A DNA stretch of 61,653 nucleotides from Octopus bimaculoides. Taxonomy: Eukaryota. The stretch covers positions 135,923,328-135,984,980 of the forward strand of contig NC_068983.1 in assembly GCF_001194135.2 (NCBI RefSeq), read 5' to 3'. The notes under the pieces were generated by a model, which worked only from the letters and a program-made list of their open reading frames with translations, made no database searches and was not told where the DNA came from. A program made the translations under genes and the position numbers. Shown in pieces: positions 26,001 to 36,484 of this stretch. Every line of letters begins with the position of its first letter. The stretch's first letter is position 1.

Positions 26001-27899
26001 TGCCCTGTTAACTCTTCACTATCATAAGTTTTTCAGATCCTATGTTTTATACTCTAAGTTGCCATATGTGTAATGTCGCGCGACGACGACGATGTACTGG
26101 TGAAAAGAAAAATTCTCATAATAGAAGTTCCCACCATGTTGAGCAAGTTAAACGTTCCAAAGTACATTAGCAAGTACTGCAAACAACACCATTCTTAGAA
26201 TTAAACTAATGTACTTAGAGTTCTTTATGTTTAATTCATAATAACAAATTAATTCCCTTCGTTATTCGAAAGTGCCGATATATGTTAACAGGTGAAAACT
26301 AGATAAAATGAAGCATTAAAAAAAAATATTGGACAAGATTGCATAAGACGTGAAAAAATTGATTTCTTTTCTTTTTTTCTTTTGTCCTAATATCACTGAA
26401 CCTGCTTAACAGTCGTGCCCTTCATAGTGAATCGTGTATTCGGCAACAATTAATTTTCAATAGCTTGGTTCATCTTGGTTAGAAATAGGTACCAGATAAT
26501 CGACAAAAGAAAAAATAACTTTGAAAGCGGTTTCCCTGCATGTTCGCAGTCTAGTAATAGAAACAGAAATCAGTAAAATGGGAAAGCAAAGAAAGCAAGC
26601 TGATGGTGAGTGTAGCAGGAAATTTGAAGAACTGACGAGTGATAGTTACTTTACAGTTCTGAGTTCAAATTTACCCCTGCATTTGAGGGCAGCAACTGAA
26701 AACGATTATAGAGTATTTTCCATTGAGTACTCTTGAACAGCTCTCAGTCCAATGGGTTACGAGGCATTAACGATTTCTAACATAGACACAAGTCCACATA
26801 AGTGGGAGGAAACAGTCGATTAAACCCACTCCTCGACTGATGCTTGTTTTATCGACCTTACTGGGATTCGAACTAGAAATATAACTGACTACTACAAGGC
26901 ATCGTCGTTCTACGGCTTTTGCCAATTATCACCCTTAACGTAAATTATCAAAGATTGTCTGTCTTCAAATATTGATTATAGACACGAGATTTCTCTAAAG
27001 GTGGGCAAATTTCAGAGTTAGGCAAACTGGGTCATGAATATACATAACACAGAACTGAAGTATTTTTTAATAGAATAAAGGGCGAGAGGGGCACGGATGA
27101 AATACCTTTGATCGTACATGTATTGAATCAGGGTTGACCTGGAGCTAACAATACAGCCCCTGGGATAATATTTTGCAAGTAAACAGAAATTAAAGAACAC
27201 ATAACATGCAAGAAAAGTTATCAAAATTCAAGTGGAGTGGCAAAGCTAATTTAGAGATATTAGGAGCATCAATAAAGTTGAAATACATTAACTGCTTTGA
27301 TAGCATTCTCAAACCCAATTATTGAGTACGGTTAATACAGATTATAAAACATGTTAGAATTATATATAAATATATATATATACGAAAAAATATAAATTTT
27401 CCTGGAAGTTAGGAAGAATTTAAGTGGACTCTGTTGGAATTTCCGAAAATTGTCCCCCACCCCCATTCCAAAACACTTTCACCGGAAATTTTTGTATATT
27501 CGGATTCTACATAGTAAATACTATATGCATAGAAAATTTCATTAAAAAATATTCATTTTTCTGAAAGTTATGACCTCCCAAAGTCTGGTGGGTAAAACCC
27601 TGTAGTTATGCCTATATATANNNNNNNNNNNNNNNNNNNNNNNNNNNNNNNNNNNNNNNNNNNNNNNATATATATATATATATATAGTTTTACAGTTGGA
27701 ATATTCGGAAAATACGAAGCAAGTTAAAGTGACCTTTGAACTACAAAAACAAAAATGTAAGGAATATTTTGATTCGTAATTTACCTGATGAGAAAAATCG
27801 TGACAGAGGAAGAACTGTGTTTTGCAGAAGTAATGGGCCATTATATCTATTGTTATTCCTAATTATATGCCTGATCGTGTTAAGTCCCCGCAAAGCCAT
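13970..27899 (-). CDS. ECHS1: Mitochondrial short-chain enoyl-CoA hydratase (crotonase), complete 8-exon gene, 299 aa
   Basis: join(27899-27785,23897-23700,22283-22156,20938-20839,19615-19511,18310-18191,16523-16456,14035-13970) = 900 nt, in frame, all GT-AG; crotonase motifs [47 protein letters not shown]; both catalytic glutamates present. Confidence 0.97.
14290..15680 (+). mobile_element. Old degraded RTE LINE in ECHS1 intron 7, interrupted by a hAT MITE
   Basis: Residual motifs [19 protein letters not shown], gatagcttccattacctagg (DSFHYLG), CGMQERR; many stops and indels. Confidence 0.7.
14818..15082. mobile_element. Non-autonomous hAT (Charlie-like) MITE, 265 bp
   Basis: Perfect 8-bp TSD gtctagac (14810-14817 and 15083-15090); termini CAGGGG..CCCCTG; NTCTAGAN is the known Charlie-type target preference. 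Confidence 0.9.
16268..16435 (-). mobile_element. SINE family B, 5' part
   Basis: ttcagtttttgcctacttaatccactcacaagac..ccaaggtgcc..gactgaacctg, homologous to 48926-49075 and 55265-55430. Confidence 0.7.
16456..16523 (-). CDS. ECHS1: ECHS1 exon 7 (68 nt)
   Basis: tttcag|(A)[22 protein letters not shown]|GTAAGT. Confidence 0.95.
16570..17135. repeat. Degenerate (RTN/GGT/GAT)n trinucleotide-like low-complexity tract
   Basis: Runs of ggtggt, gtagta, gatgat, ataatg; produces spurious I/M/V and H/Y-rich ORFs on both strands. Confidence 0.75.
18191..18310 (-). CDS. ECHS1: ECHS1 exon 6 (120 nt)
   Basis: ttttcag|(G)[39 protein letters not shown]|GTGAGT. Confidence 0.95.
19511..19615 (-). CDS. ECHS1: ECHS1 exon 5 (105 nt)
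   Basis: aatag|(G)[34 protein letters not shown]|GTATGC. Confidence 0.96.
20085..20235 (-). mobile_element. SINE family B, degraded
   Basis: cctatctacccaatttcactc..gaagacactagtccaaaatgccatgcagtgggattgaac, homologous to the other family B copies. Confidence 0.6.
20839..20938 (-). CDS. ECHS1: ECHS1 exon 4 (100 nt)
   Basis: ttccag|[33 protein letters not shown](G)|GTAATT; contains both catalytic Glu. Confidence 0.97.
22156..22283 (-). CDS. ECHS1: ECHS1 exon 3 (128 nt)
   Basis: tttcaag|(A)[42 protein letters not shown]|GTAAGT. Confidence 0.96.
22370..22525 (+). mobile_element. SINE family A
   Basis: ggttcaaattctgtcaaggtcgactttgcctttcatcctttc..gtaccaatt..gtcaatgtaatcgactaa core. Confidence 0.75.
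23055..23195 (-). mobile_element. SINE family B, 5' part
   Basis: ctaccaaatccactcacaaggtttt..gtagaagacacttgcccaaggtgccacacagtgagactaaacc. Confidence 0.75.
23700..23897 (-). CDS. ECHS1: ECHS1 exon 2 (198 nt; alternative acceptor 3 nt upstream at 23900)
   Basis: ttctcagcag|(G)[65 protein letters not shown]|GTAAGT. Confidence 0.96.
24181..24390 (+). mobile_element. SINE family A, near full length
   Basis: aggtagtgagctggcagaagcattac..ttctgagttcaaattcc..ttgcttttcatcctttc..tgagtactgg, followed by a (TTA)n tail. Confidence 0.8.
24945..25075 (+). mobile_element. SINE family A
   Basis: ttagcatgccaggcaaaatgcttagc..ttctgagttcaaattt..ctttgcctttcatccttttggggttgataaaataagtaccagttg. Confidence 0.75.
26805..26935 (-). 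mobile_element. Degraded SINE family A, antisense
   Basis: gtcgattaaa..gcttgttttatcgacc..ggattcgaactagaa is a deleted reverse complement of the family A core. Confidence 0.5.
27785..27899 (-). CDS. ECHS1: ECHS1 exon 1 (115 nt), mitochondrial targeting peptide
   Basis: [38 protein letters not shown](G)|GTAAAT; Arg-rich with no acidic residues; phase 1 matches exon 2. Confidence 0.88.
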
Positions 27900-28080
27900 G
27901 ATCACCTTGAATGAAAGATAAATCTCGAACCGCAATTAACCGAACTTCTATTAATGCGTTACACGATGCATGTAAGCGAATTATATATCAAGTGCGATAA
28001 CTCTGAATGCTGTTGTTAACCAGGAAGGATAATTCGATTTTTCGGGCTAATGCAATATTGAACGAAAATTGTTTACGTAT

Positions 28081-29970
28081 TTTCTTTTATTTGGCACACA
28101 GGCCATGACACAGAGGGGACAGCACAAGGACACAACAAAAACAAAACATTTAAAGGCTGGAGTTATACTTCAGTTAAAAATCAAATATAATGAAATCGGA
28201 TGAAATTACACAGTATAATGAAATCGAAATGAATTTTAAAATTATATGTTGTTATATTTTCCGGGTTCATGTTCGACCCACCTGTTCTTTTACTTTTTTT
28301 ATAACTTTTTATAATATCCACATTTTTTTTATTTTAATTTTTCCTTCCGTCATTTCCTTCTTTTCCGTTCAGACCGGCCACGCTAGCGTGGTCCCATTTA
28401 CTCTCAACCTCCTTACGACATTTGTCCATCTTTTTTCAAACACTCTTCTAGACAGGTGTCTTCTCTCCAGACTGATCTTTCTGGACAGATGGTAGTTAAA
28501 AAATTTAACCAACTCGTGTCCGGAGATGAAGTTACCTGTTTCAATTCCTCTTCCACGCGTCACCCGTACTGTCTCTTTCAGTACGGCTACTACAAAGAAA
28601 AATGACGCCTCCTTTTCCTTGTTAAAGTCCATTAAGGAGATAGACCAGTTATTCGACACACCCACACTTCGGGCATGTGGGTGGGATATCAGCACCATTC
28701 CTTGACAACCTCTCTCGAACTGGCAAAGCCGATCGGTAACACAACCAGGTCAGGGATTTCTGGAAGTTGTCCAGATACCCTGGCCCGAATATTCTTCCGA
28801 ACAGGTTGACAAGCTGTTCTTCGTCGAAACCTAGAGTTTCCCACCCTAGGACGTCGTTGGACATGTGCTCTACCAACTCGCTATAAAAATCCGCAGTTGT
28901 AGCTGCCGGTATTGCTCACTCGAAAGAACAGAGCGAGTGCATGTCTGCACTTTCTCTCTACCATTCGCCCATTTTTGGTCTCCGCGTGATCCAGGCGCCT
29001 ACGTCCCGCAGGGACATCAATGGTGACAGGAAGAACTTAACATGCAGTGACCACACCCGTTCACCATCCAGAGGTAGAGCTAGAGGTGTCTCAGCCTCAG
29101 TGCATACATGTGCATCCTCAGCCAAGGCATCCCTAACTGGAAATCTGGTCCAAACCAGACCCCAAGCAATTTGACCGGGCCCTCCGTCCAACGTGTCATG
29201 GCACTGTTGGGAGGCATCGACTTACTCCGCCATGTGCCGAGTTGCAAGCCGACTGATTTTTCCTGGTTGATTTTTTATCCTGCCACCGCCTCGTATCCTT
29301 TGATGGCGTCTTCTGCACAAGGCAGCTGCCTTTCATCAAACACGATGATGGTGACATCATCTGCATTTGCTGTCACCCTCCTGCTGTAACATAGATCATG
29401 CGGGTCACCCCCCCGTGGCCTCCAACCTCCGCAGCAGTGGCTCAAGAGCCAGCACATACAGGAGCGGGGACAGGGGGAAGCCCTGGCGAACTGAACGTTC
29501 AATCGCGAACGGCGTCGAGAAGAAACCGATCACCCGGACGATTGAATCGATGTCGCTATACATAGCATTGATCCATCCGCGGAAAGTCGGGCCCAGTTCG
29601 ACCGCCCGGAGGACCACCACCAGATACCAACGGTCAACCCTATCGAATGCCTTAGACTGGTCTAAATTCACCAGTGCCCCACCTTTGCCAGAAACTTTAC
29701 CCACTCGCCCTATAGTGTAGCGTATGAGGTGAAGGTTGTCGTGTATTGTCCTGTCTGGGATGGCACATATCTGTGCCTCTACTACCAGGTCGCCTACGAC
29801 AAGCCTCACTCTTTTGGCTAGCACTTTGGCCAAAATCTTTAACTTTGTGTTTAGCAGAGTTATGGGCCCAAAATTATTAATGTCATTCCCCTTGCTCGGG
29901 TCTTTCCTGATCAGTGTCACTACTCCCCGGTTCACAGATTTGGGAATTCTCTTGTTCTGTTACTTTAAAT
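28081..29970 (-). mobile_element. 5'-truncated L1-clade (Tx1-like) non-LTR retrotransposon: RT, C-terminal Cys motif, 3' UTR
   Basis: GVVTLIRK..PITLLNTKLKILAKVLAKR..LDQSKAFDRVD..SVRQGFPLSPLLYVLALEPLL; YADD degenerated to NADD; C-terminal TCPKC; 3' end AATAAAAGAAA at about 28091-28081; frameshifts. Confidence 0.9.
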
Positions 29971-30118
29971 ACTGATTTTTTGTGTGTTCAATTTCTAATT
30001 TTTGCAGATAATATCATTTTATTTGACATGTGAGTAGAACTCATGTCTGGAAACCTTGTGACATACTTAGATTGTTGAAAAAAAATCAATAATAGGGCTC
30101 CTCCAATGGATCCTTCTA

Positions 30119-30896
30119 TCTACACCATATTACTAATATTTTATTTTAACAACACAAGGGAGATAACCCATACCACCTGCAGTTTTAGCGAAACGATCAA
30201 TATTTGATTCTTATGATCAGCCGACCTAATTCTACATTTCACTACTCGCAGTTTTGAACTGCTAAACATTATTATTGCACTTCCTTAATTTGGATCTTAA
30301 ACCTTAAAGACTTCATTCATACATTTCTATACATGCATACTTTTTGGAATGCCTATTACTCTGATAATTCTGCATTTTTACAGTTACACTCTTTCCATAA
30401 CAGTAGATAATTTTTTTTATTCCACAACGTATTTGTAGTGGCTTCATGCAAGCATAGCGTGGATTTGATCCTCGATTGCCAAATTTCACTTAACACTTCA
30501 ACAGCGCTTTTCNNNNNNNNNNCGTGGATTTGATCCTCGATTGCCAAATTTCACTTAACACTTCAACAGCGCTTTTCTCACGGTATAACAATAGTTTTTC
30601 TGTGAATGACAGCAGTTATACATTTCCCAGATGCCCTCGCAAAGCAGAATAATGTCTTTGCCTCTCGCCAACCTCTCTCACCAACCTCCGACAATCTTTT
30701 TCGTCAACCTCCGAAAACCTCTCTCACCAACCTCCAACAGTCTCTCCCTCCTCCAGCTGACAGCTTTTTGTACTTTTTCGTGACAGAAAATACACCTATT
30801 AAGGCAGTTATAACGAAATTGTTTTCTTTTATCAGAGTAATAAGACGTTTCAATAGAACATCTTTACCCCTGGGAATTACCGGGTACACCAGCTAG
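30119..30896 (+). mobile_element. Probable non-autonomous Helitron
   Basis: 3' signature: GC-rich hairpin tacccctgggaattaccgggta (30865-30886) then CTAG|T (30893-30896). The 5' end A|TC at 30119 (tctacaccatattactaatatt) is a best guess. Confidence 0.5.
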
Positions 30897-30904
30897 TATA
30901 TATA

Positions 30905-30945
30905 TCTTAATATATAAAGCTGAAGTTGTGTGTCTGTGTGAAGCC
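30905..30945 (+). mobile_element. Helitron-like 5' terminus stub
   Basis: A|TCTTAATATATAAAGCTGAAGTTGTGTGTCTGTGTG resembles the TC-start, (TA)AAAG, microsatellite-like 5' ends of animal non-autonomous Helitrons. Confidence 0.45.
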
Positions 30946-32756
30946 TTTTTAAAAGTTTATAGAAATCCACATTTTCCACTTTTTCGTAAACATTTCGATG
31001 TGATCTTTCCATTGCAGTAATTAGATTTTTTAAATTCCGTTTACTTTGTGTGATTTAAGGAAGATTTGGCTGTTGTTTCTAGCAACTTTTATATTTCTTC
31101 CATTCTATCTGTATCAGCGTTTTTACACATCGATCACGCGCTCAACATGTAATATAGAGAGTAAGAGTAAAAGAGCAAGAGAGAGAGAGAGAGAGAGAAA
31201 GTGATACATACAAAGTCATAGATTAACTTGGTTTAAGTCTATTATTTCCTTCTATCTACCTTTTCACTCTTACTTCATTCTTCTTCCTCTCTCCCATTTA
31301 ATAGCTTTCTTCTATCCCTCTACCTCTAACATATTTTTCATAACATAGAAACGTAAAAACACACACAACCACACATACGTGACCTGTAACAACAACATAC
31401 ACATAAATACATACACACATCACCATTATATATAAAACATTTACTTTGTGTGTGTTTCTTATATAAACACGCGCACGCATTGCTATTTTATAACTGTCTT
31501 CCGTTCTCCCTTCCTTTCTTTCTCTCTCTATTCCTTTCTCCCCCCCTCTCTCTCTTCCTCTCTCCCTCTTCTCTCTCGCTCTCTCAAACGCATACACGCG
31601 CACGTGCACACAAACATTCACTACAATATAACTAGATCTTACTTTATTACATGTTCGTCAATGTTTTGTAAATATACAAACTACGGAGCTTATGTAGACA
31701 GGACAACACATTGCAAATCAGTAAACTTCATTAGAAATGTGGGTAAGAAGAAGAGATTTTGCTGGGGAAAGAAAGCAACCGGTTTGAAAAGACAGCAACA
31801 GACTGCAGCAATTCACCACATTCCAGAAGCTACTTTGAACATAATGCAAAATGGTGCATCAACATCTACTGCCCAATCTGATAGAATTCTGGCAGAACTG
31901 TTTAGCAACAGATCGCCAGCAATTGCTTCATCAGAAATTGCCATCCTACCTCCTGCTAAAAGAGATTACCCTGCTATATATAATCAGGGCAGCGCAAAAA
32001 GTTTGTTTTGCACAAGCATTTCTACAGCCAATTAGACGGATGAAATTTACGTACGCTTAATAATGTTACGCAAAACAGCCTTCAGACTTTCCCTATTAAT
32101 TTCATCGTCTTTTGTATTATGAACATNNNNNNNNNNNNNNNNNNNNNNNNNNNNNNNNNNNNNNNNNNNNNNNNNNNNNNNNNNNNNNNNNNNNNNNNNN
32201 NNNNNNNNNNNNNNNNNNNNNNNNNNNNNNNNNNNNNNNNNNNNNNNNNNNNNNNNNNNNNNNNNNNNNNNNNNNNNNNNNNNNNNNNNNNNNNNNNNNN
32301 NNNNNNNNNNNNNNNNNNATATATATAAATTTAATTGAATTAAAACAAGGATATAAAACCCTCTTAAAGGTATATGTGTGTGTGTGTCTTTCATGCCCAC
32401 CACAACTAGCATTAGCATCAAAGCCAATCTACCCAGAAACATTTTAACGACTACCAAAAAAAAAATCACTAAAAAGGAAAACCGATCACATGAGATAGCG
32501 TGCTACTCTAGTGTATTTTAGATGTTGAATTAAGGATCTTTGATCTTAGGTCAATGAGAATTCACTTGAAACTAAATAGCAACAATAATACAATTAGCCG
32601 AACAATTTAACTATCGACACCACCAACAATGCTCCCATCATTACCATCACCATAACCAACACCAACACCAATACCAAGTCACCAACTTTTGAATAACTAC
32701 CTAGCAACAATAATAGCTTCGGCATTGTAGTAATGCCTGTTGCTACATATGATGTA

Positions 32757-32910
<154 letters not shown>

Positions 32911-33714
32911 TGTATGGAGTGTGGAGGTTTATTGCTCAAGTCAGCGGTGCAGGGGGAGAAGTATCCATTAATTTGATAAGCTTTCAACTAACTGTATTTT
33001 CTCCCACCGCATTTCTTCGCCTTTTAATCTTCTTATTTCCATTCATACATCTCCAGGATTATCATTAAAAATTTCTACTCTCACAAAACAGTTTTTTCTT
33101 GGTGCTATTTTTTTTATTACGTATTTGTTGATCGTTGTTGCTGTTGCATTTATTATTCAAGATGTCTGGGGGAAAACCATCAAATAAAACTGAAGATAAT
33201 AGTACAAAAAGAGAATTACATTGGATATTAAATTTGATGTTTCAAAGAAGGCTTGACATAACCGCAGTGGGAACAATACGACGTCACTGGTATAGGAAAA
33301 CACTTAATTTCACTTTCCGTGATGTATCATCATCAAGTATGATGCACAAGTTGCTATTTTAAACTAATACTGCTTCTTTGGCACATAATGAATTTATATA
33401 TATATCATTGATTGATACCAAGCGAAGTTTAATTAAGAAGTAACAGTGACTAAGTCACTTTACTGTTGGAAAAAAAGTTTAACTATTCCGGCCTTTTCTC
33501 AAAAATATAAAGTTCTGTGGCCTTGTAAACAAAACATATATCAAGTACAGGTTCTGTTAAATATTCATTCAAAACATCATGAATGAGAAGAGAAAAAGCG
33601 TGGGAAAGGCATAAACATCATAGTCACTTTAATCCACCTTCACTTATAAGTTTTAAGCCATTTTGTTTCATCAGAAACCAATAAGCATGTTGAAATGATA
33701 AACTTACACTAAAA

Positions 33715-34068
33715 CAACCGTTGCTAAGGACATAACGCCACTTGCTTCCTTTTCCTACCAACAGGCGGCGCCTCTGCTGGTAAAGCGGTCTTTTAAATAA
33801 GACAAGTTTATACTTCTATATAAATACATTTCAGTTTTTTTTAATTGAATTCGGATGTCTCGCTTTTTACCAGTTTTATTTTTTTTTCACTCTAATTGTC
33901 AGTTGGTTAAATTTATACAATAACTGGATTTTATCAAAAAGCTTGCGTGTTTTATTTCTGCATCTCTAATTAGACAACTGTAGCATCAAATACATATAAC
34001 AAAGTTAATTGCTCCATAATGTTTAAATATATCAGTTAACTTCTGCTATTGTTTTGTATTATTTTATT
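33715..34068 (+). promoter_or_regulatory. Candidate BORA core promoter and non-coding first exon
   Basis: Local CpG-containing patch (gttgctaaggac, caggcggcgcctctgctgg, aagcggtcttttaaa); downstream donor-like T|GTAAGT at about 34068; the BORA ATG exon is preceded by acceptors at 36079/36084, so an upstream UTR exon is expected. Confidence 0.35.
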
Positions 34069-35324
34069 GTAAGTATTTAAACTTTAATTCATGATTTGTT
34101 TTTATTATATCCTTTAATAACAATCTATGTATCCAAACTTACCCGAACGAAACAGTTAATATATAAAACTATGATAAAAATACATATTCTTTCAAAATGA
34201 AGCGCGCACACACACACACACACACCTAAAAGAAGACTTTTGTTAAACGTTCAGTTGTTTATCACTTGCCTTTTTACTATCTTTTAATGTTTGTGCTCTT
34301 TCTAACATTTATGCATACACATTTCGTTTAGCTCCAAGTTGGCCCTGATCAAGCAGACTTCATAATTAAAGACATTCTAATCGTGACCCCCCCCCCACCA
34401 GACATAGTGTATCAAGAATTACGTTATTTAATGTGTTCCTTCTTTTTAAAGACTGCAGTCTCAGATATATGTAGCTGCTATTTCTAGCTGATTGAGTGGC
34501 CATGTACAGGCTCCCTTGTTGACTTGTGTATTGTTTCTCAAGTATGAAAGAGATATTTTTAACAGAATAAATCTTCGTAGAATCTGGAATTCCTAACAGC
34601 ATTATAACTAATTGAATCGCACTAAGCACATGTCTGATTCTTATTTGAACCGACGAGAGTCTTTATGTAGTCCCTCTACCTGCTAGAAATAACAGCCATA
34701 TGTCCTTCCACTTAGAGCCTAGTATTTAAAAAGCGGGGTAGTTACGTTGAAAATGGAGTACTTGGATATCGCCAAAAGGAAAAAAATTGGATGTTTCAGG
34801 CTAAAATACTTTTGGTCATAAGTCTAATAAATAAGATTTAAACTGGGACTTAACAGCTGCTACTTGTTTTGTAGTTTGTATGTATGTATATATATATATA
34901 TATAGTCATAAAATCATTAGTTCTTTTTTAGTGGTGTGGGTGACGGGACTGTAACGTTGATCCTTTCATAAGAGTATTGGTGACATTAAGTTCTGAACCT
35001 ATTATTTGTTCTGGTTTATATATAATATATATATCATTGTTTTATGTTAAACTGTCGTATGTCCAAATTTGGCCAAATGCGTTTTTTTCGATATTAATTT
35101 TTGCTTGCAATAGCCAGTTCTTTTGGTCAAACTATCGTATCTCCAACTGTTTCAGATGCCGAGATATTAAAAATTGTCGAAGTGTAGTACAACGGTTTTA
35201 TAACGGTGAAACTATTTTCTTTATTTTCTGAAAAAGCAACGTTTTGGACTTACGACACTTTTACATAATAGCATCACATATATATATATATATACACACA
35301 CGCATATATAATGTGTGTGTGTGA

Positions 35325-35606
35325 AGGCGCATGGCTCAGTGGGCTGCGTGTTGTGTTCTTGAGCAAGACACTTTATTTCACATTGCTCCAGTTCACTCAG
35401 CTGTAGAAATGAGTTGCGACAGCACTGGTGCCAAGCTGTATCAGCCCTTGCCTTTCCTTTGGATAACATCGGTGGCGTGGAGAAGGGAGGCTGGTATTCA
35501 TGGGCGACTGCTGGTCTTCCATAAACAACCTTGCCCAGACGTGTGCCTTGGAAGGGAACTTTCTAGGTACAATCCCATGGTCAGTCATGACCGAAGGGGG
35601 TCTCAG
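35325..35606 (+). mobile_element. tRNA-type SINE (third family)
   Basis: ggcgcatggctcagtgg head, gtgttcttgagcaagacact core; its 3' end is the reverse complement of 1030-1100. Confidence 0.7.
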
Positions 35607-36088
35607 CATATATATATAATGTAATCAATTTATCAATTGATGGTTAAAACATCGTTTTCTTTCAATTTTAAATTGAAAACACGGTTTATGACATTTTGGT
35701 TTATTAATTGTTCATTAATTTATTGCTTTTTGTAATATATAAGAGGGCTTCTGTGTAAAAGATGCTTACTATTTGTTACTATTGGAAACTGTATTCAATG
35801 ACAACAGCTGAACTGTGTATTAATGACTTTGTTAGTTCTCTTAAATATTGACTCCTTGAAATTATAGATTACAACAACCAGTACCCTCATATCTAGGATA
35901 GAAGTGACCTGTCTCTCTGGAGACTTAACTTTTATCTCAATAATCTGCCTAGTGTAGTTAAGTGAAGAGAAAAGTCCTATTATTTACAAGATTTCCCAAA
36001 TTTTGAAATACTTTTTGATTATATGGAAACTTAGCCTTGTATTTAATCAAAAGAAATTTTCCCTTTTTTTTTAACATAGTTCAGCACA

Positions 36089-36484
36089 ATGTCCACTCCA
36101 ATGTCTCCAGACTTTAGCCGATGTTTGCTGTCCAACACTTCTACACCAAATGATATCAAAGATACACCACTTAGCAAGAAGAGCAACAACAACCGCACAG
36201 CATCTCCTTTTGAGAAGAATGGATATCTTATTAGATCTCTGTTACCCAGTCCTTACAATAAGTCTTTGGTGTCTGCTCTTTCATCAGCTTCCTGTTCTGC
36301 TCGCTCCATATTAATGCATAGCACACCTCAAAGTGTCAAAGACCAGTATTCTAGACACCAGCATCTCTCAACTCCACAATCACAAGTAAAAAACCCTTTT
36401 GAAATAGCACTTATTAACCAGTTGAGCAGTTCCTTGGTTTCTCCTGGAATTTTCAATATGGCAACTCCAAATTCCAACGAAAAG
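36089..36484 (+). CDS. BORA: BORA coding exon 1 (396 nt)
   Basis: ATG 36089..KNPFE..SPGIF..NEK|GTAATT, phase 0. Confidence 0.88.

Noticed and set aside
28069-28082. 14-bp match between the L1/Tx1 3' flank and the reverse complement of 59886-59899 as a possible target sequence
   Set aside because: The match does not extend, and the 5' junction shows no counterpart; plausible by chance in AT-rich DNA.
30458-30577. 55-bp direct repeat flanking a 10-N gap
   Set aside because: Essentially identical sequence on both sides of a minimal gap is a typical unmerged contig overlap, not biology.
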